Source: a virus
Lineage: Duplodnaviria > Caudoviricetes
Length of the DNA: 52,030 bases
Direction: 5' to 3' (one strand)
IMG/VR virus record: IMGVR_UViG_3300025889_000167
Location: 1 to 52,030 of that record
Position numbers and translations under genes: made by a program. This document shows positions 9,317 through 18,032 of the stretch, in pieces (within the stretch, counting starts at the first letter, position 1; each line of letters opens with the position of its first letter). The notes below the pieces were generated by a model. The model saw only the letters and a program-made list of their open reading frames with translations, was not told where the DNA came from and did not search any database.

Positions 9317-11085
9317 TGCGGGCTCGCAAACCGGCCGTCAGGACTACGGAAGCCAGTCGGGCTTGATCGGTCCTTGATGGCCCGCAGCTGGTCGGCCTGC
9401 GTGCGGCCATTGGTGCGCTCGCCAGCCCGCCCGCGCATGTCCATCAAAGCTGCCTCGATCGCGGCCGGCTCGGCATCGCTGACGAAGCCCTGCACGTCGC
9501 GGGCCGTGATGTCCTCGATGCGCTTACCCGACACCATCAGGCCGCTCACACGGCTCTCCAGCGCCTCGGACTGCGAGGGTGTCAGGGCTGCGGCGGCTGC
9601 TGCTCCACCGGCTGCGGCGCCAGTGAGGCCCAAGGTCCTGTTGCCCTTGTAAGATCGCTTCGCCTTCTTCACAGCAGTTGGCGTGATTGCCTTTCCCTTG
9701 GCCTCCAGCTCCGTTGTCAGGTAGTCATCCATCGCTGTTTTTCGGCCAGCAATCTGCGCCGTGTCGACCGGGTTTCCTCCACGCACCTTCTGAAGATTCT
9801 GCTGTATCCTTGGCACGCTAATTGCCCGAGGATCTTGCCCTTGCCGAACAGCATCCGCCAGCATATCTCTAGTGGCCTGACTGTCCTTATCTGTGTAATT
9901 TCTAGCCCCAGGAGGTAGCTGTGCCTGACCCCGTTGACCTTGTCCGCCTGCCACCCCTTGACGGCCTTGCATACCAGCCTGACGAGGAGGAGCTATGGGT
10001 TCCCCACGACGTGGTGGCTGACCTGTGGCGCCAAAAAGTGATCGCAACCTTGCCAAAGCTCCCGGATTGGATGCTGGAGCAGGAGGAGCGATAGGGTTGA
10101 GCGCCTCAAAGCGCTGAACGCCTCGCCGCACTCCCTCGATTGCGCTCAAATTGGCTCCGTTCTGCAATTCGCTGGCAACAGTAGGCCGCGGCAGCTTTGT
10201 GGCGGCTGCGCCGTACCCCGCGCCAGCCGTGCCCAACCCAATAGCGAAGGCCATTGCTGTTTTGTAGTCGCCGTCAAGCTCCAGAAAACGGCGATAGTAA
10301 ATATCGGCATTCACGCCGCCCTTTTCTATTTCTTCAGTATACTTTCTCAGGGCCTCGTCGCGTTCAGAGGCAAGAAAGGCCGCTTTTGCACCAGAGGCGG
10401 TAGAAAGTGCGGCATCCACCCCCAGAATCGGGGCTGCGTCGGCCAGCTTGTCCTTCCAGGTGTCTGGCTCCTTTAGCCACGGTCCGGCGTCTGGGTTGTC
10501 AAGCACCGACTCCTTGCCCATTACCGAGGCGGCAGCAGTCGGCGCGCCCCCTCGCACACCAACAGTGGTCGCTATGGGGTCCTGGCCGAAGTCTACATGA
10601 TCTCTCTCCGCCGCCCCGATTTGGTCCACAACCCGCGCCTTTCTCTTAGACGCACGGCTTTTGATTGCGTGAATTACACCGGCCCCGCCGACTCCGGTTA
10701 GCAGCCCCCCCAGAGCCGCCGCTGGCAGCCCCCAGCGACCAAGGCTGAACTCGTCGCCAATGACTTCCTGCTCGATGCGCTTGCGTCGCTCGATCTCACG
10801 CTGCCTCGCCGCCTCAAGTGCCTGCCGCTCTTTTTCCTTGAGGCCAAGCTTGGCCTCTCCAACCTTCACCTCGTCCATGCCCGAAGGGCGCGCCTTCATC
10901 AAGGCTTGAATCAGCTTGTCATAATTGTTCGCAGCCTTTGTTAATGACTGCGACTGGATTGCCCCGTCTATATCGCCGTCATATGAGCCCTGTTCCTTAA
11001 GGTACTGCTGGAACGCCCTGACCTGGTTCGGATTGTTCCGGTCAAGCGGCGACTCGCCGTATGTCCACGTCGGATCTGCCATCAC
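9313..11085 (-). CDS. Putative virion protein with N-terminal peptidoglycan-binding-like motif and Gly-rich hydrophobic helices
   Basis: VRAFQQYLKEQGSYDGDIDG resembles PG_binding_1; three Gly/Ala hydrophobic stretches; translationally coupled on both sides. Confidence 0.55.
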   Translation of the reverse strand: MMADPTWTYGESPLDRNNPNQVRAFQQYLKEQGSYDGDIDGAIQSQSLTKAANNYDKLIQALMKARPSGMDEVKVGEAKLGLKEKERQALEAARQREIERRKRIEQEVIGDEFSLGRWGLPAAALGGLLTGVGGAGVIHAIKSRASKRKARVVDQIGAAERDHVDFGQDPIATTVGVRGGAPTAAASVMGKESVLDNPDAGPWLKEPDTWKDKLADAAPILGVDAALSTASGAKAAFLASERDEALRKYTEEIEKGGVNADIYYRRFLELDGDYKTAMAFAIGLGTAGAGYGAAATKLPRPTVASELQNGANLSAIEGVRRGVQRFEALNPIAPPAPASNPGALARLRSLFGATGQPPRRGEPIAPPRQAGMQGRQGVAGGQGQRGQAQLPPGARNYTDKDSQATRDMLADAVRQGQDPRAISVPRIQQNLQKVRGGNPVDTAQIAGRKTAMDDYLTTELEAKGKAITPTAVKKAKRSYKGNRTLGLTGAAAGGAAAAAALTPSQSEALESRVSGLMVSGKRIEDITARDVQGFVSDAEPAAIEAALMDMRGRAGERTNGRTQADQLRAIKDRSSPTGFRSPDGRFASPQ

Positions 11086-11636
11086 CTGCGCTCCAATTGA
11101 CTGTCGATCTGCTGCAGCCTGCGCTCGCTGTCAGCAAGCTCCTGCCACCGGCCATCCCAGGCCCGTTCGCTATCGTTCGCCGGCGCGTTGTTCGCGTCGC
11201 TCCACAGCATGGCTCCGGCGGCGCCCAGCACCTTGGGCACATACCCGGCCGCCTGCAGCACCTTTGCCAGCCCGCCGTATGGCAGGAGCGACCCCGCCAT
11301 AGCAGCATACGGATTGTTCGCAACAGCCCGGTTGGCATCCTCGGCCATTCCGCTCGGCAGCAGCCCGAACATATTGAGCGTCTGCCCGGCGCCACCCAGA
11401 GCACCTTCACCAACGCCCTGTGCCCACTGCCCCAACGTCTCGCCCCGGTGGTACGAGGCCGAGTGGCCCAGAGACATGTAGTTGAGGATCTCGCGACCCA
11501 GGTCGCTCCCCTGGTCGTAGAGCGACGTGTTCGCAGCATGGCTCATGCCCGGTGCTGGCGCAGGCGCAGTGAGCTGCTCCGGCCGCGCCGTCATCAGGTA
11601 GCGCGCCAGGGTCAGCCGCTCGACCTCATCGTCCAT
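11082..11636 (-). CDS. Hypothetical, possible internal virion protein
   Basis: Coupled ORF in late operon; Gly-rich amphipathic segments. Confidence 0.55.
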   Translation of the reverse strand: MDDEVERLTLARYLMTARPEQLTAPAPAPGMSHAANTSLYDQGSDLGREILNYMSLGHSASYHRGETLGQWAQGVGEGALGGAGQTLNMFGLLPSGMAEDANRAVANNPYAAMAGSLLPYGGLAKVLQAAGYVPKVLGAAGAMLWSDANNAPANDSERAWDGRWQELADSERRLQQIDSQLERR

Positions 11637-11639
11637 GGA

Positions 11640-11873
11640 CTACTCCACGACCGGGCAGGCGTTGTTCACGGTGACGTTGCCGCCGCCGTCGTTGGTCAGC
11701 ACGCGGCCAGCCCACGTCAGGCCCGCCTTGTCGCCGCTGGTCACAGTGATCTGCACGTTCTTACCAACCGGCAACTCCGTGCCACTGTAGGAACTCAGAG
11801 CCGCCGAGCCGCCTGTGGCACTACCTGTGCCAATTAGAATGCCGTGCTTGTAGACCGAAACATTGACCGCCAT
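11640..11873 (-). CDS. Small beta-rich hypothetical protein
   Basis: RBS gaggtaaacgATG; fits operon spacing. Confidence 0.6.
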   Translation of the reverse strand: MAVNVSVYKHGILIGTGSATGGSAALSSYSGTELPVGKNVQITVTSGDKAGLTWAGRVLTNDGGGNVTVNNACPVVE

Positions 11874-11881
11874 CGTTTACC

Positions 11882-12373
11882 TCAGGTTCTCTCGAGCCAC
11901 GCCTTGGCCTGCTTGCGCCACTTCCCGACCTCGCGGCCCATGTTCTGCACGGCCTGATCCGACAGCCCGGCGATCTGTTCGATAGTCTGCACGCCCTGGC
12001 GCTCCAGCCACTCCATGGCGGATCGCGGCAAAAAATCGGCTTTGCTGAGCGGCGTTCCTTTGACCGTGCGTGCAATCACTTCCGGCTCTGGCGCTGCAGC
12101 CACCGCCGATGCCTGAGCCGCGGCGTTCTTCATCGCCTCATAGGCCTCCCACGCACCTGGGAAGCGGCTTTTCAGCTCAGACGCATTGAACGGCTTGACC
12201 ACCTGCACCGACACATCGTGCGAGCCCACCACCTTGCTTTGCAGCGCGGGGATAAGCTTGTAGACCGAGCGTCCGGCCTTTTCGCTAGCCTTTGGGTCGA
12301 CCGTCTCCACATCAACAAAGCGGCCCATCACCTGGGCGTTACTGGCCGAGGCCGGGAACCAGTGCTCTTGCAT
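11882..12373 (-). CDS. Hypothetical phage protein with HhH-like C-terminus
   Basis: LERQGVQTIEQIAGLSD motif; start placed 2 bp after upstream stop. Confidence 0.55.
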   Translation of the reverse strand: MQEHWFPASASNAQVMGRFVDVETVDPKASEKAGRSVYKLIPALQSKVVGSHDVSVQVVKPFNASELKSRFPGAWEAYEAMKNAAAQASAVAAAPEPEVIARTVKGTPLSKADFLPRSAMEWLERQGVQTIEQIAGLSDQAVQNMGREVGKWRKQAKAWLERT

Positions 12374-12375
12374 TG

Positions 12376-13704
12376 TCAGTGCTCCGTCAAAAAGTCGCCG
12401 CCACCCAGATAGGTGACGCGCGCGAAGTGCTGCCCTAGCCGCTCCCGCCACCACTCCGGCGGCTGTACGGTTAAGTGCAGCGGCTTGCCAATCGTCGTGC
12501 CAAATGCGTCCGGGTCACTCGAGATATGCCAGTAGCAGGCCCGCCGAACATGCTGTGAAACCTCAGAAAGAACAGCCTCGACGCGGCCGGGCGGGATGTG
12601 CTCCATCACGTCACAGCACACGCCATAGTCCGCCGCCTGCACGCCAGCCAGATCCCACAGCGGCGCGACATAGAGCGGCACAGCAACACCGTCATCAAGG
12701 CAGTTGGCGGCAATGTCGATGCCACGCACATCAAGCCCGCGCTGCTGAAGCGCATGCGCCAGACGGCCGGTGCCGACGCCGAAGTCGAGCAACGATGCGC
12801 CGGCAGATGGCGCGAGCCGCGTTGCGATCGCCTCGCAGCGGCGCTCGCCTGGCGAGTTGCTGCGGTATGGCGCATGCCGCCACATGGTCTGGTACTTCAA
12901 GCGCTCCGCGCCCGTCTCGTTTGCGTCGGTTCCGTCGATCGCGCGCAGCGTATCCTGCAGCAGGCCATCGCCCACCACCTCGATCGCTACCGGGTCGATA
13001 TCGGGCTGCTGGAACCGGTGGCGCATGGCCAGGAAGTCCGACACCTGCGCCACGAAATTCATGCGGGTGCGTCGGCCATTGACGTCAATGTGCACCTTAG
13101 CATCGGCCCGATCTGGGTAGGCGTGCGTTGCGCCGGCCCGGAAGCTACTATCGAGGCCGTGAAACACAAAGGCTCGAAAGCCCAGAGCATAGCCCAGATT
13201 GAGCCAGCGCGTGCCCATCGTGGAGCCGCCGCCGAGCATGAACCACGTCTCGGGCTGGTGCTCCTGCAGCAGATCCTCTAGGCCTGGCAAGCCAGAGGGA
13301 TGCCACAGCGTGACGTGGCAGTCCTTGAGCTTTTCGAACACGTCGGGATGGCACGTAGAGGCCACGTAGTAGCGCACGCGACGGTCTGCCACGACCACAT
13401 CAGCCATGTGCTGGCCAGGGTCAAGGACGCCGCATGCGTTGGGTAGGATGCCCTGCTCAAGCAGATAGCCCAGAGAGCCATTGACCGCAGCCACATAGCC
13501 CTGGAACGCGCCCATTGTATCGGCCAGAGACGGCCCGCCAGCTGCCACCTCGAGGCGGTGCCCATGCGGCTTGCACGGGCGAAGCTCCGGCAGCCCCAGC
13601 TCGAGTGCGAGGCGAGCGTGGCCCAATTGGTCCACTGCTGGGACTGCCGGGGTAAGCTCCAGCCGAGGCCACTGCCCCGGCTGGAAGTCGTAGCGTGTCA
13701 TCAC
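12376..13704 (-). CDS. Maf/DUF115 (MptE-like) domain fused to class I SAM-dependent methyltransferase
   Basis: N-terminal VAAGGPSL, GGGSTMG, HGLDSSF; C-terminal LLDFGVGTG, GIDIA, CCDVMEHI. Confidence 0.75.
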   Translation of the reverse strand: MMTRYDFQPGQWPRLELTPAVPAVDQLGHARLALELGLPELRPCKPHGHRLEVAAGGPSLADTMGAFQGYVAAVNGSLGYLLEQGILPNACGVLDPGQHMADVVVADRRVRYYVASTCHPDVFEKLKDCHVTLWHPSGLPGLEDLLQEHQPETWFMLGGGSTMGTRWLNLGYALGFRAFVFHGLDSSFRAGATHAYPDRADAKVHIDVNGRRTRMNFVAQVSDFLAMRHRFQQPDIDPVAIEVVGDGLLQDTLRAIDGTDANETGAERLKYQTMWRHAPYRSNSPGERRCEAIATRLAPSAGASLLDFGVGTGRLAHALQQRGLDVRGIDIAANCLDDGVAVPLYVAPLWDLAGVQAADYGVCCDVMEHIPPGRVEAVLSEVSQHVRRACYWHISSDPDAFGTTIGKPLHLTVQPPEWWRERLGQHFARVTYLGGGDFLTEH

Positions 13705-14210
13705 GGGAAGACGTCACCCACGAACGGCCGCGCGATCTCGAACTCGGCCTGCAGCGTGTCGATAGCCGACGCACCCTTGGCATTGACGACCAAGTCACCC
13801 GCAACCGAGGCATCGTCGATGCTGCCAGCCGTGGCCGTGGCATAGACCTTGCCGTTGTCGGCAAACCCAGTCAGGCAGTTGCCGATGGCCTTGCCGGAGA
13901 TCTGCACCCAGCCGAAGTCGGTGGCTGCATCCAGGGTCGCCATCATGACGCCAACCGGGCCGATCGCGTCGGCCGCCAGAAGCGAGCACGAGCCATCATC
14001 CATGTTAACCGTGACCCAGGCGCCCGTTGCGCCAGAAGTTACGCCCTTAACATACATGAACTCACCCGCCCCGTAGGCCGTCGTGCCAGAGTCCATGGCC
14101 CTCACGATCGTTCCGAGAGGGTGGTTTTGGGTCGTAGACACCTCATCGATCGGCTGTGCACCGACCATCGACGCATCCACGATGCGCCAGGTTCCTGCCG
14201 TTAGTGCCAT
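13701..14210 (-). CDS. Capsid decoration / cement protein
   Basis: Directly after major capsid gene; FGWVQISG and EFMYVKG motifs; beta-rich. Confidence 0.6.
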   Translation of the reverse strand: MALTAGTWRIVDASMVGAQPIDEVSTTQNHPLGTIVRAMDSGTTAYGAGEFMYVKGVTSGATGAWVTVNMDDGSCSLLAADAIGPVGVMMATLDAATDFGWVQISGKAIGNCLTGFADNGKVYATATAGSIDDASVAGDLVVNAKGASAIDTLQAEFEIARPFVGDVFP

Positions 14211-14222
14211 GTTGTGGTCTCC

Positions 14223-15182
14223 TTACGCGACGATGACGCCCTGCAGCGAGGCGTTGCTGATGGTCATGTTGCCGGCCCAATACAGCGGCACCACGGTGGC
14301 GTCCTGGTTGACGCTGGACTTGCGATCGAGCGTCACGAAGTTGCGTCGCGCATGCGGACGGAAGTGGATGTAGTCGGTGTTGAGCAGGTACATCCGGGTC
14401 GCAGCGCAGTTCTCGTCATAAACGACGACGGCGCCCTTGTACTTGTACCCCTTGAAGCCGCCGGCAGCTTCGGTTTCGCTCATGAACCGCTGCTGCTGCT
14501 GCAACGACTCCTCGTAGTAGGTGAAATACGTCTCACCCGCCACGATCAGGTCCGGCACGTCCTTGCCGCGCGTGCAGCGCAGATACGTGCGGTTCATCGC
14601 GTGCCCGATAGTCGATGCGCTGGCCGTCACGCTCTCCGTCGAGAAGTCATAGAACTGGTTGCGATACCAAGCGTTCGTCGACCGATCGATGCCGCCGACA
14701 GTGCCACTCGTCGGGAGGTCCGCCACGAGGTGCTGCAGGCCGCCGATAGCCTTCCCGCTGTGCTCCGTGTTCGCATAGAACAGCGAGGCGCCGATCTGGT
14801 TCTGCATGGTCTTTTCGGCAACGGTGATGCGCGCCTTGACCAGGTTGTGCACCGCCTGGCTGCCGTCGTTCTGCAGATCCTCGAGGCCCGACATGGTGAC
14901 GTTGCAGTTGGCCTGCTTCCAGTCGAACGAAGCAGACGTCATCACGTCGCTGCCGGAGACATCCAGCGTCTCGTAGCCCGAGTACCACTTAAACGTGCCG
15001 TTCTCGTCGTACATCAAGTTTTCGAGCAGCTTGGCGCCGCCGCCAGCCGTGTCGGTGTTGCCGTTCGCCTTCAGCTTGGCCAACAACGCGTTGTGGTTCA
15101 GCACGTTGTCGGACAGCTTGGAGCGGTAGTTATCGAGGGTGGTGGAGATGATCTCCGTGTAGGAAGTGTTGGGAATAGCCAT
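14223..15182 (-). CDS. Major capsid protein
   Basis: 319 aa after scaffold; IGGLQHLV, TVGGIDRS, PDLIV, MYLLN motifs typical of HK97-fold capsid proteins. Confidence 0.85.
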   Translation of the reverse strand: MAIPNTSYTEIISTTLDNYRSKLSDNVLNHNALLAKLKANGNTDTAGGGAKLLENLMYDENGTFKWYSGYETLDVSGSDVMTSASFDWKQANCNVTMSGLEDLQNDGSQAVHNLVKARITVAEKTMQNQIGASLFYANTEHSGKAIGGLQHLVADLPTSGTVGGIDRSTNAWYRNQFYDFSTESVTASASTIGHAMNRTYLRCTRGKDVPDLIVAGETYFTYYEESLQQQQRFMSETEAAGGFKGYKYKGAVVVYDENCAATRMYLLNTDYIHFRPHARRNFVTLDRKSSVNQDATVVPLYWAGNMTISNASLQGVIVA

Positions 15183-15201
15183 TTACCTTGCCCTTGCTGG
15201 A

Positions 15202-16347
15202 CTAGGCGGCTCCATGCTGGCGCATTGCGAGCGAGATAGCATCATCCAGCCCACCCACTGCCGGCCGAGCAGAGACAGCGCCATTCGATGGCCGCGGTCC
15301 CGATGCCCGCCTCGCCTTGGCCGCCTCGTCCTTGCGCCGCTGCTCGTCCATCCGTCGCGTGACTTCCGAATCGATCAGCGGCCGCGACAGCTCCGGGTCG
15401 GCACGGACAGCCATTTCATAGGCCGCCTGCATCTTCTGGAAGCTGTCCGGCAGCCCGGCCAAGCGTGGGTGCGTCTCCATCAGGGCGCCCATGGCCCGCT
15501 GCACCTGCTCGAAGTGTGGGAACATGAGCGTCCCATCATCCGTCTGTGCGCCGCGGAATTGGTCGATAGCCTGATGGATCGACGTGATGTGCTGGTGATG
15601 TTGGTTCTGCGCCCACTGCTGACGTTCCCGCAGTTGCTGGTCACGCCAAGCAGATAGCTCGCCAACTTGTTGCCGCAGTTGCTTGACCTCCGGGTCCACG
15701 AGCAGATCAGCCAAATCATCGTTTGGCCCCCTCTGCTGCGTCTCGCCGGCTGTCGGCTGCTGCTGTGCAAAGACTGCCGGGTTCTGGGACACAAACCAGT
15801 CAACAAACGCCTTGGGGTCGCGCTCTGCCGCGCGGTGCAGCGTCACGAGATGGTTAATGAAGCCAACCTCGTTCGTGCCCGCGCGCTGAATTTGCGACCG
15901 CAGATCGTCATCAAACAGGTCAATCACCGACTCCGCGAAGTTCACGTAGCCGCCGACCTCCTGCATCTTCCTGGTGTATCCGCCCTGCAGATCCTTCGCG
16001 AGTTTGCGGACGATGCCGCGCCCTTCCTCCGGCAGCTTCTGGAATGCCTTTCTGTGCTCCTCGGGCCAATGCTTCGGCGCCTCGTCCTCGGCTTGTCCGT
16101 CGCTGGGTTTGTCGTCAGCATCGGATGCCGTGGCTTCTGGTGCGTCGTCATCGCCGTCAGTCGCAATGTCGGCTTGTTCCTCTGTGTCCGTCTCGGGCTT
16201 GGTGTCTGCGCTGCTGTCAGATGTTGCCGTATCGTCGGTCCCGCCAGCCTGCAGCGCCTTGGCAATGGCAGAATCGAGCGACTCGTCTTCGGACTTGGCC
16301 GCATTGTCCACAATGGGACCGCTGTCGCCGTCAGTCTTCAGATCCAT
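15202..16347 (-). CDS. Capsid scaffolding protein
   Basis: Acidic N-terminus, APKHW, GYTRKMQE, C-terminal LDDAISLAM helix; directly upstream of capsid gene. Confidence 0.75.
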   Translation of the reverse strand: MDLKTDGDSGPIVDNAAKSEDESLDSAIAKALQAGGTDDTATSDSSADTKPETDTEEQADIATDGDDDAPEATASDADDKPSDGQAEDEAPKHWPEEHRKAFQKLPEEGRGIVRKLAKDLQGGYTRKMQEVGGYVNFAESVIDLFDDDLRSQIQRAGTNEVGFINHLVTLHRAAERDPKAFVDWFVSQNPAVFAQQQPTAGETQQRGPNDDLADLLVDPEVKQLRQQVGELSAWRDQQLRERQQWAQNQHHQHITSIHQAIDQFRGAQTDDGTLMFPHFEQVQRAMGALMETHPRLAGLPDSFQKMQAAYEMAVRADPELSRPLIDSEVTRRMDEQRRKDEAAKARRASGPRPSNGAVSARPAVGGLDDAISLAMRQHGAA

Positions 16348-16640
16348 TTGAATGTGACTCCGGGTTGTGGCTCCCTGCTGGGTGCCGTTCGCGCCTTCTC
16401 CTGGGCGATCAATTCGCCCCGCTTGAAGTCGCCGGCCTGCCGTACGCCGTGCTTGCGCTCATGCGCGCGAAGCTGGCTGCGGCTGGTGATGTGCTCGCCA
16501 TCGATCGGGCTGGTGAAACCGCCGCCGTAGACGCTATCGAGGTCTGGCATAAAAAAAGGCCCGCCAGATTGTGCGGGCCTGTCTCTTGTGACCTCGACCA
16601 GCTTGCGAGTGGTCGGGTCCAGACGATATGTGCGTTTCAT
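16338..16640 (-). CDS. Hypothetical phage protein
   Basis: SPIDGEHITSRSQLRAH motif; overlaps neighbours. Confidence 0.65.
   Translation of the reverse strand: MKRTYRLDPTTRKLVEVTRDRPAQSGGPFFMPDLDSVYGGGFTSPIDGEHITSRSQLRAHERKHGVRQAGDFKRGELIAQEKARTAPSREPQPGVTFKWI
16551..16580 (-). terminator. Intrinsic terminator inside a CDS
   Basis: Minus strand aggcccgc-acaatctg-gcgggcct followed by a T-run. Confidence 0.65.
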
Positions 16641-16891
16641 GGCGTCAGATCCACCGTATCCAATGCTGACCAGTTGTTGTAGCCGAGTGCCTCGGCATAG
16701 GCCTGCTGTGCTTCGGGCAGGCTGGTGTAGCTGGCGCTCATCACCTGGTTGATAAAGTCCAGCATGCGGCCATTGAACGGGCCGGCGTCGATGCCCTGGT
16801 CATCGAACAGCGCATGCCAATCGCCCTCCCATGTCAGCTCCGTGCTGGTCAGGGCACGCACGGCAGCCTGCATGCGGGAATGGTTGCTCAC
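16637..16891 (-). CDS. Hypothetical protein
   Basis: 4-bp overlaps with both neighbours. Confidence 0.6.
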   Translation of the reverse strand: MSNHSRMQAAVRALTSTELTWEGDWHALFDDQGIDAGPFNGRMLDFINQVMSASYTSLPEAQQAYAEALGYNNWSALDTVDLTP

Positions 16892-17142
16892 GAGTAGTAG
16901 TTCTCCAGGGCCTCAACCACCTTGGCCTCGACGTCATGCGCAAACAGCTCGCCCGTCACAGCCTCGATGCCCGATACCATGATCGTCAGCGGCGGCAGGC
17001 GCATGGTCAGCGCATCAGCCTGAGCCGGTCGAAACCGGAACCCAATTGCGTCCATGGTCGGATCATCGACAATGCCAGCCGGGGCAAAGCCTGCCTTGGC
17101 CAGCCTGATCTCGAGCGCCTGTTGCACCTCTGTGATGGTCAT
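16888..17142 (-). CDS. Hypothetical protein
   Basis: Start MTITEV coupled by ATGA to upstream stop. Confidence 0.55.
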   Translation of the reverse strand: MTITEVQQALEIRLAKAGFAPAGIVDDPTMDAIGFRFRPAQADALTMRLPPLTIMVSGIEAVTGELFAHDVEAKVVEALENYYS

Positions 17143-17360
17143 CCCGACTGTGCCCCTGTCTTGACCTGCAGCACCGGGTCTACGGCCTGCTCCCATGCCG
17201 AGCATACGGACAGATCCTGCGTCATGACCACGGCATCGTTGCCAGCCGTTTGGCACCGGCCCAGGTTCTGCAGGCCCACAGGCGGGCAAAACCAATGCTG
17301 GCAATTCTTGCACTTGGGCGTGTCGCTGGCCTTGCGCAGCTCGAGGTCGATTGTGGTCAT
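17139..17360 (-). CDS. Small Cys-rich protein
   Basis: CKNCQHW...GRC...C pattern; coupled ORF. Confidence 0.55.
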   Translation of the reverse strand: MTTIDLELRKASDTPKCKNCQHWFCPPVGLQNLGRCQTAGNDAVVMTQDLSVCSAWEQAVDPVLQVKTGAQSG

Positions 17361-17545
17361 TGCTGTTCCTCGCCTGCCTCCAACGCCGCCATTGCCAGCC
17401 GCAGCACATGCGGTCGATCTACGGCTCTGCCGATCTCCCAGCCTTGATATGTTCTGAGCGGCACATCAAGCAGTCGTGCGGCCGCCGCCTGGGTTATTTT
17501 CAAGCGGCGGCGCCATGCTTTCAGATCGTTTGCCAATGCGTCCAC
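17357..17545 (-). CDS. XRE-family HTH regulator
   Basis: LKAWRRRLKITQAAAARLLDVPLRTYQGWEIG. Confidence 0.85.
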   Translation of the reverse strand: MDALANDLKAWRRRLKITQAAAARLLDVPLRTYQGWEIGRAVDRPHVLRLAMAALEAGEEQQ

Positions 17546-17546
17546 G

Positions 17547-17858
17547 TCAGAGCACCGCCGAAACGCTAAAATAAGCCGCTTCTGGCCTGTGCCAGCCTTC
17601 AGTCGCCGCTGCGTGCCCTATGCTCTCTAGGGTGCTCAAGAATTTCGGCTGATCGTCAGAGCATTCGTTCGCCACCCAATCCCACGCAATGTGATGGTTG
17701 GCCGCCACCTCCGCCTCGCTCATGCCAAGCAGATAGTCACGGATAGCGTCCACGCCGCGATCGCGATCTTCTTCTGCATCAAACGGCACAAACCCACCCG
17801 CCTCGATAGCCCACTTTAGGACGCCAAACGACGTCGGAGTTTCAAGAATTGCTGTCAT
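17547..17858 (-). CDS. Hypothetical acidic protein
   Basis: RBS gggag; first gene after the leftward promoter. Confidence 0.65.
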   Translation of the reverse strand: MTAILETPTSFGVLKWAIEAGGFVPFDAEEDRDRGVDAIRDYLLGMSEAEVAANHHIAWDWVANECSDDQPKFLSTLESIGHAAATEGWHRPEAAYFSVSAVL

Positions 17859-17884
17859 TCGCGTGCTCCCTTGCTGATGACATC

Positions 17885-17913
17885 AATATACGCTTGGGCG
17901 CGTAGCTTGTCAA
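17885..17913 (-). promoter_or_regulatory. Sigma70-type promoter, leftward
   Basis: TTGACA-17bp-TATATT on minus strand. Confidence 0.8.
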
Positions 17914-17946
17914 GCAAAAGATCAGCTATTCAGTTTCTATTTCACC

Positions 17947-17975
17947 TTGACAAGGTGCGCGTTGGTGCGTATATA
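17947..17975 (+). promoter_or_regulatory. Sigma70-type promoter, rightward
   Basis: TTGACA-17bp-TATATA. Confidence 0.7.
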
Positions 17976-18032
17976 TATAGTCGTCAGCAGCCGCCTCGAT
18001 CTTGGACCGGGGCACTCTCATGGAGAGCACAC

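Noticed and set aside
14214-15239. 341-aa plus-strand ORF and similar long antisense ORFs (22966-24087, 44885-46024)
   Set aside because: Shadows of the capsid, terL and endolysin genes
16551-16557. Programmed frameshift at the T7 run
   Set aside because: Better explained as the U-tract of the adjacent hairpin; no useful alternative frame identified
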